Notes under the pieces: model-generated | What the model saw: the letters and a program-made list of their open reading frames with translations, nothing else | What the model was told of the DNA's origin: nothing | Databases searched by the model: none | Origin: Lama guanicoe | Lineage: Eukaryota | Assembly: GCA_013239625.1 (NCBI GenBank) | Contig: MU054001.1 | Location: forward strand, 6,249,078 to 6,313,077 | Reading direction: 5' to 3' | DNA: 64,000 bases | Made by a program: the position numbers and the translations under genes | In this document: positions 12,682 through 27,210 of the stretch, one piece after another | Position numbering within the stretch: position 1 is the stretch's first letter | How the letters are laid out: each line of letters begins with the position of its first letter

Positions 12682-14629
12682 CTAGAGGAGACAGACATTG
12701 AAAGCCAATTATATGAACTATAAAAGCAACAGTCTGGTTAGGTTTCCATTCTTTATTCAGACTGATGGATGAGCCGCATATCCCACAGTGTGTTCTGTAC
12801 AATGATGCGCTCTAGGGTCATCTATTGATGGAATCTTCCTAATCCTGTAAATTAGTACCATCAGTTCTGTTTGGAACAGAACTTTTTTTTCATTGTATGT
12901 ATCCCTCTGTAGCTGTACAGAAATGTTTTCCAGTCACTTAAATGAAATTAGTAACTCAGAAAAAATGACTTTCCTAATCCTGACTATATTACCTAGTGCC
13001 CCATTCACCCAAAGTGTCTGAACTCTCTGTGGCCTTCAGGTGTTCATCCTTGGTGGCAAGATACCAAATCCAGTGTCCAGTGGGGCAGAGGCCACCCCAG
13101 AAGAGGCGGTGGGCAACAAAGCCAGAGGAAGCAGCCGAGCTCAGCAGAGACTGGATCTAGGCTCACACCCCAAAATGAGTGTGATGCTGTAATGATGCGG
13201 TATTTCTCAGGGGATGGTTATATTTTAAACAACACATTTAACTCTGACCTCCTTCTGACATGAATACTATTTGGTCTGTATAAGCTGTTAGTTTAATGCA
13301 TCATCCAACTGTCTGGCTACCCCATACATGTATCCTAAGTACTAATACCCATTTTACATGACAAACTCTAATACGCAAAGATTGTATGAGTATACAATGC
13401 TTGGTGGAGACTTTCTGATGATCATTATGGCTCCTACTTTGTACATGGAACAGGAAAAAGGCCTCATAGTTCCCAGCTTGGGAATCCTTCTCTCTGTACT
13501 TACTGAAATGCTTCTAAAACAGAATCTGAAAGAACCAAAGGAAAAAATCCAGGGTCACAATGTGGGAGAGCTTGGGGCAGGGCTTTAGCCAAAAAAAAAA
13601 AAAATATCAAAGTTTTTCTCAGGTTCTATTGGAAAATTTCTTCTGCAAAGAGAATGACCTCATTTTAGGGCTCTCCATGTGCACTGTAGGTCCCGGATAT
13701 TGGGCAAAAGATACCAAAAGGTTCACAGCACAAGGAAGGCATCCACCCTTCTACTAACCCCATGTTTTCTTGACTCCAGTCTCTGCCTCCTTCCCACATG
13801 CTATGAGACTGATTGGTTGACACTCTTTCCAAATCCTGGCACATCAGAGATAAGGCTGAATTTCACTCAGCTGACTGTAGCTCCAGAAGTGCTGGATTTT
13901 AGGAGGTGCCACACCCTGCTCAGCACTCACTGAGAGCTTCTGTATCAATGAGACACATTATCTGCCCTCCAAGAAACACATAGTCTCATGGAGACATCCA
14001 CCGAGAGACAAAGGGAAGATGAGCTATAAATTATACCCATTCATTTGGGAAGATTCTCTATTTATTGCGTATAATGTTTTAAAATGTCATAAAGGCATGT
14101 GTACACATGTGCATGTACGCGTGTGTATTTTAGCATTTAACTTTTACACAGAGCAGTGATGATACAGAAAATTACATGCCTTCTCTATTCATGGAGAGGT
14201 ATTTGGAAAGTTGTCCCTCAGAATATCAACAGTGATGATCTACTGCTAGTAGGTACAGGGGAAAATTTTTTGCTTTCTTTTCTGTAATTTTCTGAACTAT
14301 TAAAACTTTCTACAATAGTCATGCATGATTTCCATAAACAGAAAAGACTGAAAATGAAACAAATAAAAAAAAGATCACTTCCTCTCTTTTATGGTGCTGA
14401 TGCATTTACTGTGGGGGTGAGCACGCAGCTGAAAAAGGTGCGCAGTCAGGATTTACGATGTTTGAATTGTCCATGTGCCTTGACTTGGGTCAAGGATGGC
14501 CATCCTCTCCGGGACTCAAGCAGAGGGAGAACTGGGTGAGGTGAGGAGTGGAGCTCCTGGTCTCTTGGGCAGCTTTCAGGGAGCAGACAGAAAGCACTTC
14601 TTTAGTAATCTACATTTTTAGATACAAAC

Positions 14630-14737
14630 CTCCACAACGATCTGTCTGTACTTCGGCTGGTCAATATTTCCCAACATGTCTTCCACAAGGAGAGAGAAAT
14701 TCATCTCATACATGGTCATGTCTGACAAGGTTGGTTG
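14630..14737 (-). CDS. PHKB: PHKB coding exon (108 nt): [36 protein letters not shown]
   Basis: tttcag|CAA...GAG|gtttgt. Confidence 0.97.
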
Positions 14738-15691
14738 CTGAAAAAAATAACATTAACTTGCTGCATGGTTGTACTCTGGTTCCTGCCTAGTAGAGGAATT
14801 TCATTTTTGATTATTTTCCAGCTTCTACAAAACCTTAAGAGAGCATTTTCAGCTATATGACTGAATTTTATATATGTCAACCTACTGAAGCCAACCTGCT
14901 CACTACTGTGATAAATTAAACCTGTTTTTAGTAGTTATCTTCACCATATTGTTCTTAAGGAAAAGGGACTGCATTAGAAAGCCACTTCAATACATAAAAG
15001 GAACAGATAAAAATTGAGACAACAAATAAGAGTACATAATTGCTTTCAGAATTAATGCAAGAAGTTATGCTTGCTGTCAGACTTCAGCATGTAAGTCACT
15101 TGCTACTGAATTAACATCATTTCTGTGGCAGGTCCTTTCTGCGCTGGTGGCAAAAAAATGCACACAAATAAGCAAAAACATTATTTGCAGAAATGGCAAG
15201 CAAATACAGAAAAAGGTAAAACTAAAAGAGTTTCTCTACTCTACTCTTTATATTTCATTTAAAACAAGAGTGTTGCAAAATCTTCCATTTACTTTTCACA
15301 AACTGAATGAAAGCAGAAAATAAACTCAAATCCAAGCCAAATCTGGGCATGGTGGACACTCTTCAAAGGATGGAAGGAAAGGCTCTAAACGTTAGGCTTG
15401 TATGGTGGAAAGCAGATGGAGTCATCAGAATTATAACCAAGTTTACAGTGAACTTAATCATAGCCTCAGAACAATGTGTATCTACTTACCACTCAAACTG
15501 GGACCCAGCAGAAATGTCCCCTTTCAATCAAGTGATAGCAATGTAATTCTGCCCAGTATAATAATGCCTCGGTCCTATATTCAATATGGTCCATCTGTTG
15601 TATTCTATATTCAATACAATCCAACATACTGTTAATGTTTACAGGTAGTACCCAATTTGGGGAAAATGAAGCCTGGCTGCTGAACAAGGTA

Positions 15692-16000
15692 CAGGCATAC
15701 CTTTTTTTACTGTGCTTTGATTTATTGTAGATACTGTGGTTTTTTTTTTTTTTTTTAACCAATTGAAGGTTTGTGGCAACCCTGTGTTGTCAGATGATGG
15801 TTAGCATTTTTTAGCAATAAAGTATTTTTCTTTAAGGTACGTAATTTGGATTTTTTTTAGACATACTGCTATTGCACACTTAACAGGCTACAGTATAGTG
15901 TAAATATAACTTTTATATAAACCGGGAAACCAAAATATTTGTGTAGCTTGCTTTATTGAGATGGTCTAGGACCAAACCTGCAATATCACAGGTATGCCTG
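15692..16000 (+). mobile_element. Tigger1-derived internally deleted element
   Basis: TIRs CAGGCATACCT...AGGTATGCCTG with TA on both sides. Confidence 0.88.
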
Positions 16001-16249
16001 TAATTATAACTGTGTATGTCTAGCAATGAGATCACTGGGGTTACAGAAGGAAAGCAACATCCTTTCGTAGTTTCACATCAATTTCCCTTTAATATATTTC
16101 ATCTGAAAAGTCAGCCTAGCTGGTATGCAATATGACAATCAAACCTAGGGAAGAGACAACAAGGTTGCCTTATTTTCCACTCTCTGAAAGAAGTAGAAAG
16201 TGCAACAAAGAAGGGAAAAGGCTCAGAAATCAAACTGCTGGGGAAGGGG

Positions 16250-16410
16250 TCACTCTCTGGGTCGGCTGCTTCCCAGATGTGTGACCACGGGAAAATCACT
16301 TAGCTCGGCTTCAGCTTCCTCACTTGTCAAATGGTAATAATAAAGCACCTACCTCAAAGGAGTGTTGTGAGGATTAGAAAAGTGCCTGGCACATAAAAAT
16401 AGTTAACATA
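16250..16410 (+). mobile_element. MIR SINE
   Basis: TCAGCTTCCTCACTTGTCAAATGGTAATAATAAAGCACCTACCTCA. Confidence 0.7.
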
Positions 16411-16947
16411 TAGTTGTTAACAAAGAGGGAATACTAAGTAAGTGGCCCAGGCAATCAGACAATTAGAGGAAAATCTGGTTGGTAACACCGGGCTTGGGAA
16501 AGAAGCCAAGAAAAGGCTGCCGCAGCCCACTGTAGGCAGACCTGGGGCCCAGCAGAAGAAGCAGGACGTGAACAGCAGAGGCTGGTTCCCGGCCCACAGG
16601 GGACAGAGCTGCTCCACACAGCAGTCATGGAGTGTCTGGGAAAGGGCTGGAGCACCTACACTGGCAACCAATGAAAACCACTCAACAGTGTGTGAACAGC
16701 ATAAAGCATACTTTTTACAAAGTTCTTATTCATTTTTTTGTGACTAAGTAATAGATTTGCAAAGTTCAAAACTGAAAGGTTAGAAAGGGTTTTCAGTGAA
16801 AAGCTCGCCCTGTTCCCCAACCCAGACCACAGTTTCTTTTCCCAAAGGCAAACAATGCTACCAATTTCTTGTGGGTCCTTTCAAAAACACTCTATGTACA
16901 TATAAACAAAATGAGTATGGGTGTGTGTGGGAAGAATATTTGATTTT

Positions 16948-17200
16948 CACAGATAAAGAGATCAAACTAGTGGTTACCAGAGCGAGAGGGAAGGGGAAGG
17001 GGCATGGTAGGAAAAGGGGATTAAGACGTATAAACCACCATCTATAAAATAAATAAGCTACAAGTGTATATTGTACAGCGCAGGGACATAGCCAACATTT
17101 TATAATAACTTTAATGGAGTATAATCCATAAAAACATTGAACCACTATGTTGTATACCTAAAATATAATATTGAAAATCAACTATACTTTAATAAAAAAG
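16948..17200 (+). mobile_element. L1 3' UTR end fragment
   Basis: ...TGTACAGCGCAGGGACATAGCCAAC...ATCAACTATACTTTAATAAAAAA. Confidence 0.8.
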
Positions 17201-18088
17201 AATACTTTATTTGTATACTTTCATGAAAAATAATTTTGCTGATTTTCAAATGAAATAAATACAGTATTTCATTTTCAGAAGGCCTAATTATTCACATTTT
17301 TGCACAGGCAGAATGATTTAGGTGTCAGGATTAAATAATTAAATCAAAGAAGCAGGACAGTTTACATAACTTGAGAAACCATCTGCAGGAGAGGACACGG
17401 ACAACAGTAAGTTACAACTTGAGTAAAACAAGTGATTTTCTAGTGACCTAAAAATTACTGCACTTTCCACATTCAACATGATTTTTAAGTAGTAATTTCC
17501 TTATCCACAGCATTACTGAGCCATCTTGTTTTTTGGGACTGATTTGGTTCTGTCTTAAATGTATGTTTTACTGTCTGTGAGGCCCCCCAGCACTGGCCCA
17601 CTACCACTTGGTAGTCAAGGAAAGCCACCATTCACAGTAATGCCAACAAGAGAAACCCTAAATTCACTAATAACAAACAAAGGAAAAACAGACTGCTTGG
17701 CAAAAGGTATGGCCATATGGTTCCTTTAAACAGAGTACTTCCTTGAAACATCTGAAATATGATAATACAAACTTTTTTTTAATTAAAACACTACTTTTAA
17801 GCAAAATATCCGTTTGGTAACTACGGCAAGGCTTCTGTACTGAGGAACACTAAAACAGAAAAATAAAAGGACCTCAGACTGGGAAAAAATATCTCCAATC
17901 CAATGGATCAGACTTCTTAGACTTCTTCTCTCTCTTCAGGTATGCAGATACCCCTCTTTTAAGCACTCTTAGAGAACGGCATAAGCAGAAAGCAGAAAGG
18001 TTATTCGAATGCAGAGGGGAAAGAATTATCTGCTCCTTCCGGTCCCTTCGGAAGGCCTTTTACTGACACAAACACAGTGGGGCTGTAC

Positions 18089-18218
18089 CTGTGGCAAATG
18101 CTTCCCGGCTACAATGATGCCGTTGGGTGTGCGCTCCAGGATCTGCCACACTCTGTCATAGAACCCAGGGGGAGTTCTGTTCAAAGACCCATCGATCTGA
18201 CGCCGGTTCAGCCAACAT
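18089..18218 (-). CDS. PHKB: PHKB coding exon (130 nt): [43 protein letters not shown]
   Basis: ctacag|A TGT...CAG|gtacag; visible inside ORF 18026..18328. Confidence 0.97.
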
Positions 18219-18609
18219 CTGTAGACCAAAAGAAAACGCCTCAGTTTTGAAAAAACAAGCCTGTTTGTGTAGAAAGCAGGGCTTTTATATGGATTAACTG
18301 TTCCAAGAGGGTGAGAGGTAAAAGCCAAAATCCATCAATGATGCATATCTACCATGTGTTATAGAGGTTACTAAATATTTCATAGTGAAAACAGAGCTCT
18401 GCAGGGAAGGAGAAAATCCCCAAGATGCTAAAAAATTGAACAGGCAAAATGTTATTCTCTAGTAAGTTTCTTACAACTCATTATGTGATCAAATATTTTC
18501 TAATATGCAAAGCAGCTCAGTTTAAAAACATAGGAGCAGCCAATTTCAGAATAAGTTTATGTGGTCCTGATACACAATACAGTGTTAAACTCCATGAAGC
18601 CATGGACAT

Positions 18610-18669
18610 TATATATATACATACATACACATACATGCACACACACACACACCCCTACATATATATATA
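18610..18669. repeat. Compound (TA)/(CA)/(TACA) microsatellite
   Basis: Direct reading. Confidence 0.85.
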
Positions 18670-19599
18670 GCTTGATTGCTCCCCTACCCTTCTCCCAGAA
18701 AGGTGCTCAATAAACATTTGATTAGTAGATGAATGCTGAAAAAAGGCATGATGGAGCTAATGAAATTATCTTACTTTAAACTTTATATTTTACGTTAAAC
18801 TTTATAGTTTTCTATTTAAAAGTGGTCAAAGTACCAGTGCTGAAAAATCAGCTACAAACTCTTACATATCGTAACAACATATAGTGATGAGCCAAAATTC
18901 TAGATCTCTCCTTTTCATGGATTAAATGTTAAATCTTAAAGATATAATAGTTAACTTCATTCACAAACTGGTAAAGATGCAAAATTTGCATAATTTGAAA
19001 AGTATACACAAATGACATAGGAGTATATTCTTCCAAAAGCTGAAGACAGGAACAAATACAAATTTTTTTACACTGGTATTAAAACAGACAGCAGAGTGAA
19101 ATATGTCATCAACCACAAGGCAGGCATGTCATGACCCACAATATTTCTAGGTGTGAAAACAGCTATGCAGGATGCAGTAAACAAACAAACAAAAAAGACA
19201 TTTTTCTTGTGGTAAAAGATGACCAATAAAGTTACATCACTATGTAAGTGAGAGAGGCGTCTTTTTCGGATGTACAGTTTGTTTTCCCAGACCCAGACTT
19301 GTGTGGCTGGGTTCAGTGCTATGCTAAAGAGAAAAAGCCCGAAGGAGTAGGTATTCCTTGGTGATGTTTTACTTTGGATAATCGGTGTGCAAACTGAAAA
19401 TCCTATTCTCTGCATTTGATGTCTTTTCCTATTCCCCTTGTTTGTCAATAATTTAAAAAAATGTATTTTCAGAGTTCTATGAGGTCATGGTTAATACTAT
19501 AAAAAGGAGATGTTTGCTTAGAACATAAAAAGTAGAAATGTGTGAATACTCACAGTGGAGGAGAGAATTATTTTAGAACTCTCCTTTGTTTTTATTTTT

Positions 19600-22500
19600 T
19601 TGGCTTTTTATTTTGAAAAATCTTAGACTTACAGAAAAGTAAAAACAAATTAACAAAGTTCCTTTTTACTCAGCTTCTTCTACTTCTGTCATCTTGCATA
19701 ACCAATAGTATAACTATCGAAACCAGGAAATAAACATTGATACAATACTATTACTCTATGGACCTTATTCAAATTTTGCCAATTTCACCACAAATTTTCT
19801 TGTTTCATTGCAGAGCCAATCCAGGACCCTACACTGTATTTAATTTCCAAGTCTCCTTAGGCTCCTCTAATCTGTGACAGTTCCTCAATCTTCCTTTATC
19901 TTTCACGACTTTGACATTTTAGAAATGTCAGTTATTTTGTAGAACATACCTCAATTTAGGTTTGTCTGACGTTTTCTCATGATTAGACTTAGATTATGAA
20001 TTTTTCGCAAGAATGCCCAGAAATGGTTGTATCCTCTACAGTACATCATATCAGGGGGTATGTGATGTTGATGGGTCTTATTACTGGTGATGTTAACCTT
20101 GATCATCTGGTTAAGGTGGAGTCTACTGGGTTTCTTGTTCACTGTAAAGTTACTATTTTGCCTTTTGCAATTAAAAAGTATCTTGAATGGAAACACTTCA
20201 AAATTATGCAAATTTTCTATTTCTCATCATACTTCCACCCACTAAATACAGCATCCATTGATGGGTCCTGCCTACAACAATTATTATTGTTTCTATTTCC
20301 ATCATTCCAGCTACACTTTTAATTTAATTTAATTTAATTTTATTGAGTTATAGTCAGTTTACAATGTTATGTCAATTTCCAGTGTGGAGTACAATTTTTC
20401 AGTTATACATAAACATGCATATATTCATTGTCAAATTCTTTTTCACAGTGAGCTACCACAGATCTTGTATATATTTCCCTGTGTTATCCAGTATAATCTT
20501 GTTTATCTATTCTACATATGCCTGTCAGTATCTACAAATTTCGAACTCCCAGTCTGTCCCTTTCCACTCCTCCCCACCCCTGGCAACCACAAGTTTGTAT
20601 TCTGTGTCTATGAGTCTGTTTCTGTTTTATATTTATGTGTTTTGTTTTGTTTTGTTTTTTAGATTCCACATATGAGCAGTCTCATATGGTATTTTTCTTT
20701 CTCTTTCTGGCTTGCTTCACTTAGAATGACATTCTCCAGGGACATCTATGTTGCTGCAAATGGCGTTATGTTGTCATTTTTATGGCTGAATAGTATTCCA
20801 TTGTGTAAATATACCACTACTTCTTTATCCAGTCATCTGTTGATGGACATTTAGGCTGTTTCCATATCTTCACTATTGTAAATAGTGCTGCTATGACATT
20901 GGGGTATGGGTGTCTTTTTGAAGTAGGGTTTCTTCTGGATATATGTCCAGGAGTCGGATTACTTAAGTCATATGGTAAGTCTATTCCTAGTCTTTTGAGG
21001 AATCTCCATACTGTTTTCCACAGTGGCTGCATCAAGCTGCATTCCCACCAGCAGTGTAGGAGGGTTCCCCTTTCTTCACAGCCTCTCCAGCGTTTGTCAT
21101 TTGTGGACTTTTGAATGATGGCCATTCTGGCTGGTGTGAGGTGATACTTCATTATAGTTTTATTTGCCTTTCTCTGATAATTAGTAATATCGAGCATTTC
21201 TATCTACACTTACTAATTGGAATTCTATTGCAATAAGAGTCCCTTCTTTCCCACTTATCTACTTATATCAGTACTGACTCATGGATATTTATTCTATGGG
21301 ATATAATCCAATATTATCATTATTTATTTTGTTGTTCAAATTGCTCCAGCTTTGGCCATTGAGCCTCCTTCACATTGTCTCCAGTATCCCTCTAACACAT
21401 CTCTATAATATTTTTGGAGCACTTTCTGGTACCACAAGAAGCTCCAGGCTCATTTGTATTTTTTCTGCCCCAGCCCTGGAATCAACCATTTCTCCAAAAA
21501 AAAAAAAAAAAAACCAAAACCTTGGAAAAATTAGAAAAATGGTATTGAGAAATTGATATGTGGGCACTAGGTTTGTTCATTGTTGTTGGTGTTTCATTAC
21601 TTCTAGGTCCTCTCGGTGGACAGAGTTAGGAAAGATACGGCTGTATGCTCACATACAGGTATACACAATCACATTTTTCTGTATCTATCCATTTATGTAA
21701 AAAACATGAATTCTCATAGTGATACTTCCAATTCCAATCCAATACCACAGGGTATTTTCTAGCCACCCTCTTTCTTTATTTGTAACTACATTCTCCAACA
21801 GTGAAAACCCTGGCTCTCATTAGCCACAATATTATTTACTTTTTTATTCAATCTTAGTGTGTACATATACACACACTATATATATATAATTTTTATATAG
21901 TTTATTTATATATTTATATATATAGTTTAATGTATTTACATATAATTTATATATATCTAAAAATTTCAGAATTGCTAATTCCTACCTCTATGAGAGAAAA
22001 ATTTATTATAGAGTACAGTATTCATGTGCAGTGCTTTTTTTGGTTTAGCTTTACAGTGTCCAGTCAATGTTTTCCAAAGGTATGTTGGTTAATTCTTGTC
22101 TTCCCCTCCTCCTTCAATGTGGTAATATTACCCGTTTGTAATACAGTGAGGTTCATTTGTCACTGGTTGTAACCTATTTTGGGTACCTGCCACCTGGATT
22201 AATTTTAATTAATTATTTATGTGTGGGGAATATAAAACATTAGCACAGTTTAAGACCCAGAGGTATACAAAAATGTATATATTGCTCTGCCCTGTAACCC
22301 TACTGCACTATACCTGCTTCTCCATTCCTTCCATCCAGTTCCCACCCTCTCTGAAGGTAACTGATCTCATCAGTTTCTGGTTTATCTTTCCTATATTTCA
22401 TTTGCACAAATGAAGAGTAGCATACTATATTCTATTGTACTTTTGCTGTTTTTATTTAACAAGATAGCCTAGAAATTACCCCATATCAGTTTATAGAGAC

Positions 22501-23740
22501 CATGCTCATTCTTTTTTCACATAGTATTCCATTGTGTGGATATGTACAGTTTTTCAAATAATCCCCCAGGCTTAGGGCACGAGCATTACAAAATTCGCAA
22601 TTATAAACAATGATACAATGAATAAACTTGTGCATATATATTTTCATATTGTTGGAGGCTTATCGCCAGGGTAAACTGCTAAAAGTAAGACTGCTGGGTC
22701 AAAGAGCAAGTGCACAAGTAGACTTTTTTTAGATGCTGCCAAATTCCCATACAGAAGGGTGTACTCACCAGCTATATGTGAGAGTGTGTTTCCCCACGGC
22801 GTCAGCAAATGTTCATTACACTGTTTAACTTTTGCCAGTCTGATAGATGAGAAATGCTATCTCAATATGTTTTAATTTACACTTCTCCAGTTACGAGTTA
22901 GTTTGAACATCTTTCTGAATATTTAAGATCTATTTTAAAAATATTTTAAATGAATTGATCAATTATGTATTTCCTTAGGTTTTTGGTTCTTTGTCCCTCA
23001 ATTTTTAAGATTCCTGGATATTAGCTCTTTGTAACATATGTTTTGTTCCAGTTTCTCAGTTGTCTTTGGCATTGTCCTTTTTTTTTTTACCATGCAAAAT
23101 GTTGTTTTTAATTTATATATAGTCTTATTAATCTCTTATTGGCCCAGGGTTTGAGTGTCAGTTAGAAAGCCTTTCCCATATTAAGGTTACAAGAGAATTT
23201 ATCCATGTCTTCTTTTAGCACTAGTAGTGTCATTTTTTTACATTTAGATCATTAATTTCTTTGGAGTTTATTCTTGTATACAGTATAAAGTATGGATTTT
23301 ATTTTGTCTTTTCCAAATGACTATCTAGTTGTCCCATCACTGTTTATTTAAAAAGTCCATCCTTGACCTGGTGATTTGAGATGTCACTGTTATCATACAC
23401 TAAATTTCCATATGTGCCTGGGGTCTATTTCTGGACTTTCCAGTCTGTTCAACTGTTCTATTTATCTGCTCATGTGCTAGTATCATATTATTTTAATTAT
23501 AGAGGCTTTTAAACATTTTTATTATCTCTTAGGACAAGTCTTTATTTTATTTTTTTTCTGGTAATTCTCACATTTTTTTATATCAATATGAAGCTTAATA
23601 TTAACCTGTTTAACTCCAACAGCTTGTTGGAACTTTACTGGAAATGCATTAAATTTGTAACAGACACCTTTAAAATGTTGAGTGTTCCTATCTAAGAACA
23701 AGGATGCCTTTCCATTTGTTCAGATCTACTTTTGTAGAAG
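19600..23740 (-). mobile_element. Old L1 (L1MC-like) 3' region, split by the young L1
   Basis: Long T-rich degenerate L1 ORF2 end and 3' UTR sequence; boundaries approximate. Confidence 0.75.
20319..21198 (-). mobile_element. Young 5'-truncated L1 (camelid-type 3' UTR) inserted in an older L1
   Basis: ORF2 C-terminus ([14 protein letters not shown]...[20 protein letters not shown]); (TTAAA)n-like tail; imperfect TSD with core CTACACTT at 20311-20318 and 21204-21211. Confidence 0.9.
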
Positions 23741-24276
23741 ACTTCTTTTTGAGGCATTTTAAGCATATCCCTGTAACACCTTGGAAAGTACCAAGCACAC
23801 AAAGACTGCTCAGTAAATGCTTGCCTAAATAATTATGTTAAAGTTCTTCCTGTAATAAAAATAACTCTTCAATTCAATACAATCCATATTTATTTTGCTC
23901 TTATTCTAAGTTTAGATAAGTTAAGTCTAAGACAGGGTCTGGCCCAGAAGAAGTTTACAGTCTAATTAGAGTGACAGAGTTACAGACAAGATTGTTTATA
24001 TAACATTACCAAAGCCAAACTTCCACACCAAAATGTTGGGAGGAGATGGTGAGCACTACAGAGGATCAGAAAGGATATTGACCAAAGTGGTATGAAGTGT
24101 TACATTCTGCACAGAATAATAAAAATGAAGTAATATTTACAAACTATACCCAAAAAACGTAGAAAATTCAGGATAACACAAAATCACAACTGAAGACAAA
24201 CATTTTAATCAGTGTCTCTGTGTATATGGCCCATCTAGTATAGTGGTCTAGTGGTCTCTGATACAATGCTGTATTT

Positions 24277-24379
24277 TATTTCTTAACAATGTCTTACTAA
24301 TTACACATACATATTATAAATATTTTTATTTATATAATATATAATATATATATAATTAGTAAGACATTGTTAAGAAATA
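24277..24379. repeat. Perfect 27-bp inverted repeat with AT-rich spacer
   Basis: TATTTCTTAACAATGTCTTACTAATTA (24277-24303) / TAATTAGTAAGACATTGTTAAGAAATA (24353-24379). Confidence 0.92.
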
Positions 24380-24433
24380 CATATAATGTTATAAATCCAG
24401 AGTGTCCTGTAGGTAACAAAGGACCCTCATTAC

Positions 24434-24568
24434 CTTCCACTCTGTTGAGGCTGGAGAATATCCAACAGAAGCTGTTTCACTTCACTAGGTGAGAGCTGAT
24501 ATAAGTCCTTGGCTGGCTTGTTTCCACCACGGATCTGTAGTTCATACTCCATAGCATGGATGATCCAC
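24434..24568 (-). CDS. PHKB: PHKB coding exon (135 nt): [44 protein letters not shown](R)
   Basis: tttcag|G TGG...GGAAG|gtaatg. Confidence 0.97.
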
Positions 24569-26749
24569 CTGAAACAAAACAGGGGAAGAAGCATGTATCA
24601 GTAGCTCCTGAAATAAAATCATCTTGTGCTTCTCACGACAATACGCTTAACAGCACTGACCCATCCAACAAGGAATGATGAAAAGGCCATTTAAATTTCC
24701 TGAACTGCTGATATAATTACCTCCATCAAGATTACGTGACATCATCAGACTCTTAAAAAATGAGGCCTGCTCTTGCATATATAGTTAGGTAATAAAACAT
24801 GAAAACAGGCAGGGACTCAGGTTCTTACCAAATGAGAGTCTACTAATTTGGTACAGTGGTATACAGTGCACAAAGAGCTGCCACACTACTATTATTTTCT
24901 TAATACTCGACACATGCAAAAAACAAATAGAATAAAAATAATTCATTTTAAAAATGGGCTGAGATATGCTATTATATATAAATGTTCCTTTCCCAGGAAA
25001 GACAAAATTTTTTTTTTACCTACTTCCTTTATTTTGCAGTCATTCCCTTGTAATTGGAAGGGACAGAGAAGTGTGTGCCTTTGAAATATAGGAACACAGT
25101 TATAATTTAATTATAGTAGCATAGATGGGAACATACTTTAATCAAAAGATTTCAGAAGAATCTATTCTTTACCAGATATTTAAATGCTGATCATAGAAAA
25201 TGTTTTCATTACAGAAAGAGCTTCAATATAATTCTTTAGAAAAGCACTATTTGCGTGTCTGGTATAGTTATATGCTTAGAAATGTCTAAAATATTTAATT
25301 ATTTTATGTGTAAGTATTTTATTCTTTAATTTGAGGAGCTTTTAATAAGTATTTTTACAGTTTCATCTCATTTCATTTACTGTTTTCTGAGGAAAGAACT
25401 TTAGGTAAACTAGTTATGCAAACCAAAGAAAACTCTGGAAAGAATACTGTGCCTTAGGGAACCAGAACTCTGCATACCGTGAGGAAAAGTGAGGGAATTA
25501 GTTTTACACAAATAAAAGCAGATTCCTGTGCTTCATCCTTACACCCTTTGTGAACACTGAATAACAGACAGAGACGGAGAAGCTCAGCATCTGGAAAGAA
25601 TGTGTCTTCATTCACTCGTGCTCTGTGGAGCCAGGCCACAGGTAGAAATATCTAGTTACAGCAACCAAGATTTAAAGTAGAGAAGTTCCTGCATTCAGAT
25701 ATATCAATATCTTTCTCTTGATTCACTTCTTCAAAAGACTGCCCACAAGGTTATTATAGGTACAGAGATGAAAAAGTTAGGTGGAAATAAGGATTATAGT
25801 CCTTCTTTCTGCCAATGATGGTTTGAAACACAACACTGATGCATCCTCAAGGGATGACCTTCATGTCTCTCAATGCAGAAGATGGTAAGAAAAATGCCTT
25901 CCCAGTTGAGCCAGAAGTGATATTAACCAAGCACATCACCCTGCCTGCTGGGCTGGGCAGAGGCCACACGGCAATGTGTCCCTGCTCTGTGACTGCTCCA
26001 GGCTCACTGCCCTCTGCTAAGGCAACTCTCAGCTCTTTTTCCTACCCTCTTCCCTCTTCTTTGTTGTCGCCATTTATGGAAGTTTGGAACTTAATTAGTT
26101 TGCCAATCAAAAGCAGATTATGTGTTGCATGACACTGAGACAGATTATAGAGGCATGAGAGAGACACAGGATGAGACAGAATAATTAAAAAAATATAGAT
26201 CATTACTATTACCACTGATAGTACATGATACATATTTAACAGTTGCTCTTATGTAAGAACAGCAAAGATGACAAGGTATTTACAAACAATAAAATAAATG
26301 TGCACTTCCTGATATGTGCAACAGAAGAACATGTGACAGAAGTAGGATTTACAATTCGCACTTCTCAAACCAGCTGAAAAGAAAAGCTGAGCTAAACCTA
26401 TACTATTGCCAAAGACTAGAATTTCTTTACCTGTTCATCTTCATTATTACAAACTGCATTTAGTCAAATTATTATTCAAGCATTAAAGTCATAAGGATAT
26501 AGTTACTTCAGATGTTTTAAAGTTGCTTATGAAATCAGTTGTTACAGCAACATTTCAGTTACAATAAACTGCTACATGGACTCTCCTTAATTTAAAAAAA
26601 TTCTATTTTTAATTCTACAGATTAGAGAAGTTGTCTTCTATTTATTATTCTATTTCTTTATTAGGCATTTACAATCTACATTTGAGGCAGCTTATAACAG
26701 AAGAAACATCAATGTAAAAATCTAAAGACAAGCCTTTAGTTCCCCACAA

Positions 26750-27210
26750 ACAAGTTAATGGCATGAAAAGAAAAATGGGGGTAGGGTGGACTGTTCTAGA
26801 TTAAAAGTGACTTAAGAAATGTAACAACAAATGCCATGTGTGGGCCTTGTTTGGGATCCTAGTATTTTTTTTTTAAAGTCATTTTGGAGACAACTAGAGA
26901 AATATAAATAAAAATTGAGTATCAGGTAATATTAAAATTATTGCTAATTTTGGTGAGTGTGATAATGGTACTGTGGTTATTAAGAAAGTGTCCTTTTTTC
27001 TTACTTTAGATATATATTTACTAAAATATTGAGGGGTAAAAATCAAAATGTCTGGGATTTATTTTATAATCTACAACAACAAAAAAGATGAAGCAAATAT
27101 GGTAAATGTAAATTACTAACAATTGCTTATATCCATTTAAATAATGGCTACATGGACATTTACCAAATTATTCTCTTACTACACATTTAAATTTTTTCAT
27201 AATGAAAAGC
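26750..27210 (+). mobile_element. Old L1 (L1MC4/5-like) 3' UTR
   Basis: GGACTGTTCTAGATTAAAAGTGACTTAAGA... motif typical of L1MC 3' ends. Confidence 0.6.
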
